Shown here piece after piece: positions 23,377 to 35,083 of a DNA stretch of 64,000 nt. The position numbers and the translations under genes are program-made. The stretch spans positions 1,175,907 through 1,239,906 of the forward strand of contig CAJINV010000009.1 of NCBI GenBank assembly GCA_905178155.1. Direction: 5' to 3'. Positions within the stretch are counted from its first letter, which is position 1; every line of letters begins with the position of its first letter. Origin of the DNA: Amoebophrya sp. A120. Its lineage: Eukaryota > Protista > Dinoflagellata. The notes below the pieces were generated by a model. The model made no database searches. It worked only from the letters and a program-made list of their open reading frames with translations, and was not told the DNA's origin.

Positions 23377-26300
23377 TCAAACTCTCTTCGTAGCAACTTC
23401 TGGCGCCACGTTTGGCGTCAGGAAGAAGTTGTACGCTTCGCGCTTCTTTTCTGCGTCGCTTTCAGTGTCGGCAAAGGGTCGCTCGTCCACTCCTTTTGCT
23501 CCGGATTGCTTCCGCGCAGCGGCTGACCCTCCCGTCAAATTTCCAAATTGCAGTTTCGGGGCTTTCAACCACCCAGGCGTGCTGAAGCGCGACTTACTTC
23601 TCTTCTCTGGCAGCGTCGACCCCGCACTACTGGCACGACCGAAGTCGTTGTTTGCGTTCTGGAAATCCAGGATGTCGCTGCTGGTACTAGACAGAAACTC
23701 TTTTCCTTTGTCGCCTGTGCGGATCGGGTTCTGTCGTGCTGGTCCTCCTTGCGCGAGATCATTCTTTTTGTCATCCCCCAGCCGTTTGTTCCCACTGCCT
23801 ACTTCGCTGCTTTTTGCGGCGAAATTTTTCGATGGCGTGACGCTAAAAGAGGAACGGGTGTTGAGATGAGCACCGGGTTCCTCTCCCTGCTTGCCGTTCA
23901 TACTGGCGATCGAACCAACATGACCGCCAGCACTGGCGTTCGCCGCTACCTGTGACTGGCGCAGTTTTTCCACGGCCCGGCTCGGCTTTCCCCACGCAAA
24001 CGGCAGGCTCTCGTCAGCCGAAGATGCAGCTCCGGTCTTGCTCTTGCTACCGGTAGGTGTTGAAGAGACGCTTCCGGTCGTCCTGTTTCCCTTCCACTTC
24101 AAAACCGCGGGCGGATACTCGGTCACGAGTTGGGACTGCTTCGAGGCGCGGGGAATTGGTTCCTGCGGCACATAGTCTTCGTCTTCGCTGGAGAGAAATA
24201 ACTCCGGTGATGTTTCCGCTTTCGGCGATGGAGATGGAAACATGGGCGAGTCGGGCGAAATGGCTTTCCCCGACGGCCGAATTCGCATTTTTGTCCGTCG
24301 TGGTCGCGCACCCTCATCAGTTGTTCCCTGTTCTTTTTCTTCTTTCTCTTTCTTCGCCGGAGTTTTTGTGCCATACCCGGCTCCAACGGCCAACACTTCT
24401 TGTTTCATCTTCTGCCGCATGAAATTCTGACTCCCCTGCTCAAGTTCTTCAACGTCCACTGTTTCGGCGCCTGACGAATGCAGAAGCTCCTCCTCGTCTG
24501 TTTTTGTGCGATCGCCCGGTTGTCCTGGAGTTGCGTTTTCAGCTTTCGCTTTCGTAGGTGTGTAGCTCAAATCGAGATCTTCGACGAGCACTGTCGAGGG
24601 CGGGCTCACCGCGCTCGTTGGCGGCCGCACGGGAAAGCGCGTCTCGCTGCTGAGTCGCGGTCTCTGATGCGACAACTTCCGTCTCTGCGAACTGCCGGGT
24701 TCTTGACCGGCGCCGTGTTGTCTATTTCCAGGACTAAATACGCCCTCGTCGATGACCTCTGCGGTACCGCACGGAGTCAGATTCCACGGGCTCACGACAA
24801 GATGCGCAGGCAATTGGTGCGGACTGGTTGGGCGCGGTTCTGCAATCTGCGTCGTTTCCGGGCTGGAGAGCCCGAGGCTGGCGCTGGCGGATTTACGAAT
24901 CAGCAGGGGAGACGCAGGCGACTGAATCGGAGGGGCAAGAACGCGCCCGAGCATCTGCCGTGTGTTTGTAATGGACCGACGGTTGGTGGCAGGCTGAAAC
25001 GGAAGACCGCCTGTCCTCGTCGAGGAGGTTTCACCCTTAGCAGTACCGGCTGAGACAACAGTCGGCTTCTTCCATGTCTCGGAGGCTCTACTGCGGTCAG
25101 GAGCTTCGGGAACGGAAATAGTCTGCTCCGTCTCACTTCGACTTTGCAGTTTTAGTGCTGCGGGAACTGCTTCGAGACTCAGGGTCGACGCACTGCGGCC
25201 GCGCGGCGTAGCAAAGGCCGTTTCATCCAGGTCAATGACATTCGCTTCCCCGCTGGCAGTGGACCGCGCACTAAATTCGATCTCGCTTTTGTCCTCCGAG
25301 CTGGCGGACCGGCTGCTTTTCGCGAAATATTCGTTAATCAGTCCGGCGGTATCCTCGACATCTTCACTCAGCGCAGCGAGCTTGTTCCCGGGAACTTCTA
25401 AATTGCCACTTGACACAGAAGTTGCAGCAACTCCACCGTTCAACTCACTGTTGTTTGTGGGGTGAGGAACTACAGCGGTGCTTGAAGTTGATAACTTCTC
25501 AAGAACCAGAGGCTGCTGCACAGCAGGGCCCTGCTGTTTTTCATTCTTTGCTCCTTCACCGCCACGTATCGCTGCGCTGGACTGCTCAGATGAAAATGAT
25601 CCTGCCCCGGCGCCGGAACTGCCAGCAGACGCCGAGGAGCTCAGTGTTCTGCCAGATGAGTTTAACGCTGTCGAAGAGGACGCCGACGGGACCACTGCAT
25701 TTTTACCCGGGGCAAGCGTGGAAAGCGTTGCGGTCCCTTGCTTGCGCTTCGGCAAGGGTTTCACCACCTCCTGCTCGTCTGGAACGAAAAATTGCAGCGT
25801 CGTCGCACCAGCTTTATTCCCCGTACTTACTCCTGTTTCCCCGAACCTTGACGAATGGGTCTCGAAGGGGCGCGGCAGCCGCTGGATGGGCGCGGCAGGG
25901 GCGCTGCCGCGCTGGATCGTGCTAGGGCTCATTTTGCTGTTCCGCTCGACCAAATCGCCGTACTCGTCCTCGTCAAGGTTGTCCATCGGCGAAAAAGAGG
26001 CCGTGCTCTCTTTCGTACCGGAATTCTGAAGTCCTCCAGAGGTTTCTTTTTTCCCCGCGAACGGAGTTGCACCATTTTCGCTTTTCGCATGACCTTTCTG
26101 CTGCGAAGTACTTCTGCCGGTCGACGAGGTAGATGACCTATTGCGCCGCTTCAGCAAGCGAAACTGCCCGAAATCCGGCAACAGAACCAGCTCGAACACG
26201 TAATCCGGTAGTTTGAAGAACTGCAGCATGGGGTCCATGAAAAAGCTCGAGTCCGTGAACAGGGCGGTGTTGTGCGACATGGCCGCAGGCTCGACTAGCA

Positions 26301-27006
26301 AGCGGCGCTGCGGAAGGTCCAGGGCGGCCGTCGCGCCGCACAACGTGTCGTACAGCATGCGGCTGTTCTCCGGCTGCACGACCGAGTCCTTCTGCCCGTG
26401 GATGATCAGCGTGTCCGCGAGCACGTGCTTGATTCGCAAGCTGTTATTGAACGCGTCCTCCTTCACGACGTTGCGGGCCACGAACTGTCCGACGCGCTCC
26501 GCGGCGACCTTCTGCAGACTCTAAAATGGCGAGATCAAGGCCACGCCGCCCAGGTTGGGGAAGCTTGCGGCCAGCGCGAGCGCGGACACGCACCCGATGG
26601 ACCGCCCGACCACCAGAATGCTGTCCAGCGGCCACTGCAGCTCGTGGAGCGCGAAATCCAAACAGGAATTCGCGTAGTCAATCATGGCCTTTTCACTCGG
26701 GGCGATCGCCCGGTTGGCGAGTCCATAGCCAGGCATCTCCGGTGCCAGCACGTGGCACTGGAAGCAGGTGCGCAAATTCTTGCAGAAGTCACGGCTGGTC
26801 CCCAGGTCCTCGGCGTTGCCGTGGAAAAAAAGCATGCAGTACCGCGCAAAAGCATTGTTCGATTTTAGAAACAGTGTCGGAATGCGGAAGTTCTTCTCGT
26901 CCTTGCGTCTCGTCACGTCGGGAATCCAAATCACGTTGTCAGAGTCCGGCTCGTACGTCGGGTGTGGCCGCGGAAACAGCAGCGCGTGGAGGACCTTCTC
27001 AACCAT
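23377..27006 (-). CDS. ABHD17/ABHD13-like alpha/beta hydrolase with long low-complexity tail; single in-frame TAG at 26521-26523
   Basis: FFHGNAEDLG, EMPGYGL, GRSIG nucleophile, IIHGQKDSVV, MSHN. The two ORFs are in the same frame: LISPF*SLQKVAAERVG. Confidence 0.85.
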
Positions 27007-27615
27007 TTTTGTTGCAGCTTTGCCTCTCAAAAGGAAGATTCTGAAATTAAGAGTATCATATCATACATGGTACTCTGTGTTTGTGAGCGGACCAAGGGGA
27101 CGACAGAGCAGCGAAGTAGAATTGTGGTTTTATTCTGATCTACCACAAGAAAAAGCAACCAGATGTAGACACAGCCTCACAGTGTCGCAATTCTCTCGTG
27201 GTACCTCCAACAGAAGAAATTCATGTAACTCAAACACAAAGACATCGCTTGCAATGGAACACAACTGGCCCGAAAAGGCGTGGAGAATTCGCGGAATGAT
27301 CTTTTGCTTGTTCCTAGTTGTGGTACTACCAGAAAAAGCCTGCGTCCTCGCAACTTGAAGTACTATATTTGTGACTACGCGCGTGCGACTCGCCGCGGAC
27401 GCGAGAGCGATTGTTTTCTCCTGATCACTTTAAAATTTCCTTCTTGTAACTATTGACCTTCATCAAAAAAGCATCATACAAACAAGTTGATATGCAGCTC
27501 CAACAAATTTTTACACGCAAACCAGCAGAGCAGGTAGCTCTTTTCAAATTGAAATTTCAAAAAGTTGTTTACAGTTGCGGAGAAGAAGTTTGTAGAGAAA
27601 CTTACTTATTTCATT

Positions 27616-30600
27616 TTACAGTTTGTGTGCAGGAGGCGGTAGAAGATCGCTACCTACGTTTCGCCCTAGGTGGTCGTGCGAAAGAACCTGGTTCCTATGC
27701 GGCGTTGTGACTGTGTTCGTTCTACTGATTTCTAGTGGCAGCCAGCACAGGTTTGGGTGTTCCTCCGCGTTTCGTAAGTGCTCGTATTCCACTCGCAGGA
27801 CCATCCAGGCCGCCCGGCGACCAATCTCGAAACTCCCAACGACCAACTGGAACAGCTGGGCAATGAGCACGCTGCCACCCGTCATCTGCTTCAGCTGCTC
27901 CAAGCCGATCAGGGTCGCTGCCGGCCAGGTGACGCGTCCAATGATAGAAATCACCAAATAGCTGCGCCACTGCTCAACTGGAAGTAAGCAGGAGGCGGTC
28001 CGAAGCGTGTACACGTCACTAGTCGTGAAGGAACTGGTCGAATCCGAATCCGGAAGCTCAGAAAGTAGTAGAGCCGTATTGACTTTCCTTCTATCACCAG
28101 GATAAAAAAGCTCCTTCTCCCGATCTTTAGTATTGTGGCCCTTGCTGGTATGAAGCGTGGTTTCTCCCAGCCGCGTCCTCTTTTCTCGCAGTTGCTGCTG
28201 CGCTGCAATATCCTCTGGCGACCCGGTGGACGCCGCAGACGCGGAGGAGTTCGCCTCCTCGCTTTCCAGCTGCTGCGCGACCTTCTGGTGGTCCTTGCTG
28301 CTTTGCTCCCCACCGCTGACACCTACTTCCCCAGTAGTGCTGTCGTGCACCTGCTTCCTGTAGGTGGACGCCGTTGCAGCTGCAACTCTTGCGGCCACTC
28401 CTTCCGAAGTGGTCGCACTAGATACCAAATGGAACCACGACCCAGCCAGGTCCGCACTGCCGTTGGTTCTCGACGGAACCTCGACCGTGCCCAGTGCGTG
28501 TCGCTGCGCGCGCGGAAACGCCTGGGGGTCGAACCCGAAGTCCATCAGAAAGTCCCAGCAAAAAGTCGCCAGCGCGCCCACGATGTAGGCCACGACTTTC
28601 GCCGGAGCCGAGTCAACGTAGCGGATGATGACTGCGACGGAGATCGCCAGTGTGTACTTGCAGCTGTTCATGGCGTCGCGCTGACTTTTGTAGTCCGAGT
28701 CCACGAAACGGCGGACGCACTGGCAAAGCCGAATGAGAAACGGGTAGCAGACAAGGAACAGCAGCAGGAGATCCGAGTTCAGGCCGTCGTGATCCGCATG
28801 CCCGGCTTCGGTACGGTCCACGGAGCTGGGTGACGTCAGCAGGTTGCAGTGGCAGATGGAGTGCTGCACGACGCCGCCGTCGGCGCTCGCGTCCTCGTCT
28901 CCGGCCGCGGGGATGCGGACCAGCTCCTCGAAGAAGCAGGTGGTAAACAGCAAGTCCACCCAGGCGGACGCTAGCGACGTGAACGCGTCGGCCATCAGTA
29001 GCTGCGCAAATGTCGGGCGGTACAGGAAAAACGGCGCCACCAGACAGCGCCCCGCCGTGTGGCCGAGTTGGCGCCAGTGGTGCGCGAAGGTGAAGTAGTT
29101 GGACCGCGCCCAGCTGAGGGGGAACACAATCGCAAAGAAGAAAGTGAGCAAACCCCCGTACAGCAGGTACAGCTGGTCCGTAGTCGCCCCCTCCGCGCCC
29201 AACGCGCCGTGCTTCCGGCCAAACACCAACTCGAACTTGAAGTCCGCGAGGAACAGCGCAAATACCAGAGCCCACATGACCGACACCGTGCTCGCGAGGT
29301 GGAACAACGTCGTTGAGGAGACGCGGCGCTCCAGGTCTAGGTCCATCAGGTACACGTACGCGATGCCGTACCGCTCGAACTTGCGCACGACCCACGCGAC
29401 GCCCCAGAAAACCAGCACCACGAAGAACCAGAGCCGGAACACCGGAAAAATCTGGAAAAACTTGTCTTCGTACGACATCTGATCGTCGCCGCCGTCGTCG
29501 CGGTGCGCGCCGTTGTTCGGCGTGGAGGCGAGTAGGGAGAGAACGATGTGCAGTACCAGGACCGCCAACGCACCTTCGTAGCGGTAGAACGCCTTGCCCT
29601 CGTCCTGCGTCTTCTTCTTCTTGCTTTCCTGGTCGGCGACAAACCAGGAACCGGCGTTGGTTTCCTCCGTCTCGGTCTTTTCCATGGGTTTTTCGTTCTC
29701 CTCGCCACTTGTGTCCGAGTTGCGATTCGTCTCCTCGATCTGGTGCTCCTTGCCTTTCGACGTTGATGCATTCGAAGGGGATTTCCTTTTCCGTTGGAAC
29801 AGTTGAATCAAAGAGCTCTTCGCTGCATACTTTCTCATCGGCAAGAAGTATGTCTGACTCGCGGTTTTGCTTTTGCCCGCAGTGTCGTCAGCACATGATC
29901 CGTTGCGCGGCGAACTATCGTCGTCATCCTCCTGCTCCATATTGTGCGTATAGCGCTGCTGCCCCTGCGCGATAGTTGCGCTGCCGTTCTTGCCACCTCT
30001 ACTGCTTCCGCTTCCAAGCTGATCCCTGTCGCCGCCTCCTTTCTGCAACAGCGGTAGAGAGAATCGGTTTGTCAGAAGGAGATTCGTAGGCGTGTTCTTC
30101 TTCAGCCAGCGCCTGGACCAGTAGCTGTTGAAGTATTGTGAGGAAAAATCCCCCTCCCCATATCGAAAAGGTACGTCGCAGAAAATTTGCAATGCTGATT
30201 TGCGACCACAAATCATCTCTGTCTTGCAAGAATGCAACTCCACAGCCTCCGCCGCACTATGCAGGCGATTTGCAATGTTGTTGGGCCTGCAGCGCAGACG
30301 TTTCTCATGCTAAGAGCCTAGTCCAAAACCTCTCTGCTCAGGCTTGGTATGGGGCTGCAGTCCTCTCCAGCATGACAAATCTGATTTGTGTACGCAAATC
30401 CAGCATCACAAACTTCGCTTTGATATGGGGTGGGGGGATTTTTCATTTTGATATGAAGTACCACGAATCCCACTCGTTTCGCTCGCTCGGGTTCATCACC
30501 GTGAAACAGCTCATCGGCGCAGAACTGCCCTTGTTCGTTGCTCCGTGCGTCGAATTTTCGTGCTGACTGAAACCCTCATCCTTCCTTTTATTTTGCAGCT

Positions 30601-31483
30601 GCGGAAAGCTGCCTGGCGTAAGTATCGTGCGAGCTGCTGGAGGTTTCTTACCGCTGGAAGGAGACGCCGCCGAGAATTGTGAACCGTGCTCCTGTGTGCC
30701 TGAACTACAAAGAATTGTACTCGAAAAAGAGCCCGTTTCCTGTTGCTCCTGTACTCGCTGCGCGTGCCACTGGTGCGCCAAGCGGATGTTCTCCAGGTTG
30801 GCCTGAATTTCCGTCCAAAAAGCGCACTTAGTGAAATCGAGGATGTCGCTGCTCAAAACGGGGATTCCCACCAGTTGATGGGCAGCACTCAGCTCTCCTG
30901 TCAATGTTGCCTCGTCGCTTGCGTTGTTCACCATCGCCAGGTTGTGCTTCTCCCACTTCTTGGTGATCTTGTAAATCGCCTTCCTGTTGAGCGCTGCAAA
31001 TTCCGCTGCCTCGAAAAACATCCGCAGCAGGTTTTCGTACGCCAATTGCAGCAGCGCGACGTCATTTGCGAACTTGGATGCTGTGCGCTTCTCGCTCTTC
31101 TTTGCGTAGTAGGATTTGACCCTTCTCTTCGCCGCGACGGCCAGCGAAGTCGTTGTATCCAGAGTGGTGGTGCTTTTGTTCGTCCCGAAGGCTGCTCCAG
31201 GTGGAGGGGCGTCGTGTGTGCCTCCTTGTTGCTTTTGAATTCTGTCAACTACCTCTTCGTACAGGGCCTGGTGTGATTCAAGCAACTGCTCGGTGCGCAT
31301 CTTCAAGAGGTTCAGCAACAGGCTCAAAAACTGCTCGAGTTTGCGCTGCTCCCGCTGGAAATGCTGGTAAAATTTCTCGGCAAAGTCCACCCCCTTTAAC
31401 GTCTTCTTTAATCCCTTGTAGTCCAAATAAAAGGGTCCCCAGCCCGAGAACTGCAACCACGCTAACTCCTTCGCGAACTTCAT
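27616..31483 (-). CDS. XPR1: SPX-EXS domain phosphate exporter (XPR1/PHO1/SYG1 family), 2 exons
   Basis: SPX: MKFAKEL...WGPFYLDYKGLKK and FAALNRKAIYKITKKWEK. EXS: FAQLLMADAFTSL, PFLIRLCQCVRR, WDFLMDFG, EIGRRAAWMVLRVEYEHL. Joined across introner 30134-30453. Confidence 0.9.
30134..30453. mobile_element. Introner, same TIR family as 20750-21055
   Basis: TIRs TATTGTGAGGAAAAATCCCCCTCCCCATATC / TATCAAAATGAAAAATCCCCCCACCCCATATC. TSD tgaag at 30129-30133 and 30454-30458. Excision gives SWYF|NSYWSRRW. Confidence 0.92.
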
Positions 31484-32592
31484 TTTTGTCACAGTGGTGT
31501 GGACGACGAAGGGGGAAGAAAATTATGCGTTTCGCCGTTCATTAAGGCACCGCACCAGGAGGCGCCTTGTATGTTCGGGCTGCGACGGGAAAGAAGAAGA
31601 TGACTGGATGTCACTCTGAAAATTCCGCAAGAACTTGCGGCTGCTCCTCACCGATCAACAAGAACTGTGCGACAACAACAATACTCCTGCCACATCATTT
31701 GCAGCTGCAGAGACTCTCTGCACCACCTGTGACCAACATTGTGCATGTTTAGCAGCACATAGGCATACTGGGAAAACGAAAAATAACGATGTTTATTTCA
31801 TTTCAAATTTCATCTTTAAAATTTCAGTTCAGAAACGCTGGCTCGCTTCTGCTACACACTAGCTCTTTTCGCAGCCCATTGTGAAAAAACTGTAATCTAA
31901 AACCCAAAATTCCCGGCTCTTAGGCGATCACGATCAGTCAAGAAGTGATAGGAAATAGAGGACATTTGTACAATAGGGTGAAGGGGAAAGGCACTAGACT
32001 GAGAAATTGGGGTTCCTGGAATGAAACTCAAGATCGAACTGAGATCAGAGCACGCTGCATGTTTTGCGTTTCCTTTTTGATTTTCTACAGAATGGTTTTC
32101 CACGAACACTTTCACGGGACGTAGTTTGAGGCAGTACGTATCTGACTCTGACATTTTCTCCGCATAGAATGCACGAGTTTCTCACCTTGGACGAAAGAAT
32201 CTCGTAGAGAGTTGTATCCGGCCACTTTACAAACATACTAGAGAAAACGCCACGTATTTTTCGGAAAAAACTTTTATTACATGAAGCAGGTACATCCACG
32301 TCCACATGAAAAAAAGAACCGATTGCGTTTTCAAAAAGGCACAGCACAACTAGCACTGGGAAATAAAGTACTTAATCGTGTCTTGCTGGGCACAGACGTT
32401 GCCGCAGGGCGCGGAGTCGAGATTTCTCTTTGAAATTTTCAAAAAAGGGACAACGATGATCGCAAATGCCATGATCTTCACCCCTGCTAAGGAGAAAAAA
32501 AAAAACAGGGGAAAGCGAACACTTCTGATGTTCCGTAGACACGATGATCAAGTAAGTGTTTCTGATTGAAACGGTGCGACGCTTTCAGCTTT

Positions 32593-34479
32593 TCATTCTA
32601 GGCCTTCATCGTCCAGCTGCAGGAACTCACCCACACTGCTTTCACTTCTTCGCCTGGCCTCTGTCGCTGCAACTGCAGTCGCGTTCTTTGTTTGACTCTG
32701 CTGAAAAAACATTGCGGCGCTGTGGACCACGGAAAAGCTGTACTCCACTTCACGTGGCAGCGTCCTTGCGTTCTCCAAATGTATTTCACACTGCAGTATG
32801 TGGGCCGCGAGATAACGCAGTCGCGCGCACAGCAGAACCAAAACCGTCAGGGAGATCAAATCATCAGCTTCGAGCGGTTTTGGTTTTGACTTTCCACTAT
32901 CAGAAAATCGCGCCTCATATTCGACAGCGCTTACCCTCTGCAGTTCTGAGACCATCTCAGGAATCCACTTACTCACCAGCAGGTAGAAGGTCTGGAGCTT
33001 GTCTGCGGGGTGGATAGCGAGCCGCGAAGGTGAACGTCGGGCCTGCGGGGGCACTTGCTGTAGTTCCTTTTTCCGCTGCCCCTGACCTTCCAGCAAGTTT
33101 GCCAACGCGCGACCAACATCGAAAAGTCTCTCCTCCACAAGAGAAAAAGCTATAATCCTGTCGCGACCCTGAAGTTTTGGCACTAGTTGGGCGAATTGCG
33201 ACTCTACTAGGTTCTGCAGTGCGGATTGCGAGGACGGAGCACGAGTAGACGAGGGAGACAGAGAGCCAGCTAGATCTCGATTTCTTGCAGCAGGAGATTG
33301 CAACAACATTTCTGCGCTCGAGTCCACTTTTGTTTGCATTTGCTCAGAACTCAGAATGAAGCCCTGGAAAAGAAAAGGAGCGAGCACCGTGTACACGCTC
33401 CGGCTGATGGACTCGTAAACTTGGTCAAAGCTCACTGCAGTCTCCAGACTAGAGAGCTTCTCGGGATTCAAAATTAGCACCCGATTCGCAACACGAGAGG
33501 ACATTCTTGCCTGATCATGGCTTTTCTCCTGCAGACCTCCCTTGTTCTTTTTACGGAGCGAAGAATCGTACACAAACCGTTCCACCCGATTGCGGCGGGA
33601 GCCGACGTCATGCCCAGTTTTATGACCGCTGCCGTTGCCTCCTCTTGCCGAAAGACTCGACTGCTGGTTTTTCTGGTCCAGGCATTTGTAGATTTTTGTT
33701 GCGGCCTGTGCAATCAGGGCCTCCACGCGATCGGTCACGACGTCGCGTATCTGATCGGGAACATGTACCACTTCGCGCACGACCGCGTGCATCTCCTGCA
33801 TCAAACTTTCCTCGACGTCCGGGTAGAGACACAGAAAGTCCATGTTTTTCGCCGACTGGCGGAGTCGTGCCTCCAATGAGCTGTCTGGCCTATGTGTAGT
33901 TTCCTTTGATGTCAGAACTAGGTCATTGCCGTCACGGTCAAGCGGGGGTGGCGAATGCAACCGCGAGTCTGTTCTTTTCCCTTCTGCTTTGCTAGTTGAT
34001 GTGGTAACTGGTACCAAACTGCCCTTGATTACGAGAATCTGCAGCGTGCGATCGTGGTCAAACATGCTCTCCTCGGCGAGAATTTTGAAGCTTCCAGCAC
34101 CATTGCAAGTTTCATCTCCTTCTGCCTCTTTTGGCAACACTGTAATCGCGTTCGAAGCCACCAAGACCCGCTCACCCAGCAGGTTCAGGTAGGCTTTCCC
34201 CTGCAGCGCCGATGTCCTCTGGTCCTGCGTGTCTCCATTCGTCCCGTTTATGTCGGAAAGAACTTTCAAGGGCTGCAGAATGTGAGCCTCTACCCGTATC
34301 GCGTCAATTTCTTTGCCCGCCTCTGCGTCCCGATCTTGTTCCTTGGTGTTTACGCCGTCTCCCTCCTGTAGTTCTCTTGGTGTCGTAGGTACCAACACCA
34401 CGGTGCCCTCCGGAAGCGCGGCGTACAGAGGCAACTGCCGCAACGTCTGGAAAAAACTCGTCTGGTAGAAGTCTATCAT
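32593..34479 (-). CDS. VPS9-domain Rab GEF (VARP/ANKRD27-like N-terminus)
   Basis: C-terminal PADKLQ...LEADDLISLTVLVL...EVEYSFSVVHSAAMFF resembles VPS9. N-terminal FFQTL...VLVP...AHIL...KILAEE resembles the VARP N-terminus. Confidence 0.7.
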   Translation of the reverse strand: MIDFYQTSFFQTLRQLPLYAALPEGTVVLVPTTPRELQEGDGVNTKEQDRDAEAGKEIDAIRVEAHILQPLKVLSDINGTNGDTQDQRTSALQGKAYLNLLGERVLVASNAITVLPKEAEGDETCNGAGSFKILAEESMFDHDRTLQILVIKGSLVPVTTSTSKAEGKRTDSRLHSPPPLDRDGNDLVLTSKETTHRPDSSLEARLRQSAKNMDFLCLYPDVEESLMQEMHAVVREVVHVPDQIRDVVTDRVEALIAQAATKIYKCLDQKNQQSSLSARGGNGSGHKTGHDVGSRRNRVERFVYDSSLRKKNKGGLQEKSHDQARMSSRVANRVLILNPEKLSSLETAVSFDQVYESISRSVYTVLAPFLFQGFILSSEQMQTKVDSSAEMLLQSPAARNRDLAGSLSPSSTRAPSSQSALQNLVESQFAQLVPKLQGRDRIIAFSLVEERLFDVGRALANLLEGQGQRKKELQQVPPQARRSPSRLAIHPADKLQTFYLLVSKWIPEMVSELQRVSAVEYEARFSDSGKSKPKPLEADDLISLTVLVLLCARLRYLAAHILQCEIHLENARTLPREVEYSFSVVHSAAMFFQQSQTKNATAVAATEARRRSESSVGEFLQLDDEGLE

Positions 34480-35083
34480 GGTTGTGGCTTTTGCCTATTT
34501 CACATGTGTTTCGAGAGTCTGTATCTATCGGTGTTTGTCGTCTCATGGATGAGGTAAAAGTTTCATCCACACGACGTAGCAACAAATCTAGCTGACTGCG
34601 GAACACTTTCGACAGAGGAACTCAACTTCATATCGTCGCTTCTACGTCTAGCACTTTATGATCGCGTCCCATCCGTATTTCACTAAATATCGACATAGAT
34701 CCATCGACTTTGCCGCCTCGAAAACTGCAGTGATCCCAACTTTCTTCTTGTCGGCCATTATTGTCATTAAACGCTGATCCGTACTGCGACAAGTTTGCAC
34801 TCTGACCACTTATGTCCTCCTGGTCCACGACTTCTATACCTGTCCTCGGACGGTCCATGCCGGTGAAAAAAACACCGGTAGCGGACGCACATGCGCCCTG
34901 CAACTTGATTCTTCACCTTAAAGTGAATAGCGTGTCACTGTGATTGAGCTTTTGGTGCTGTGAATGTGAAGAAAAAAAAAGTTTTGCCCACATATCGCAG
35001 CCTCTCGCTTGTCCTCTCCCTTATATCAGGTTAGCGCATTGTCGTGATCGATCCAAATTTAACCAACTGACAGAGGGTTACGA

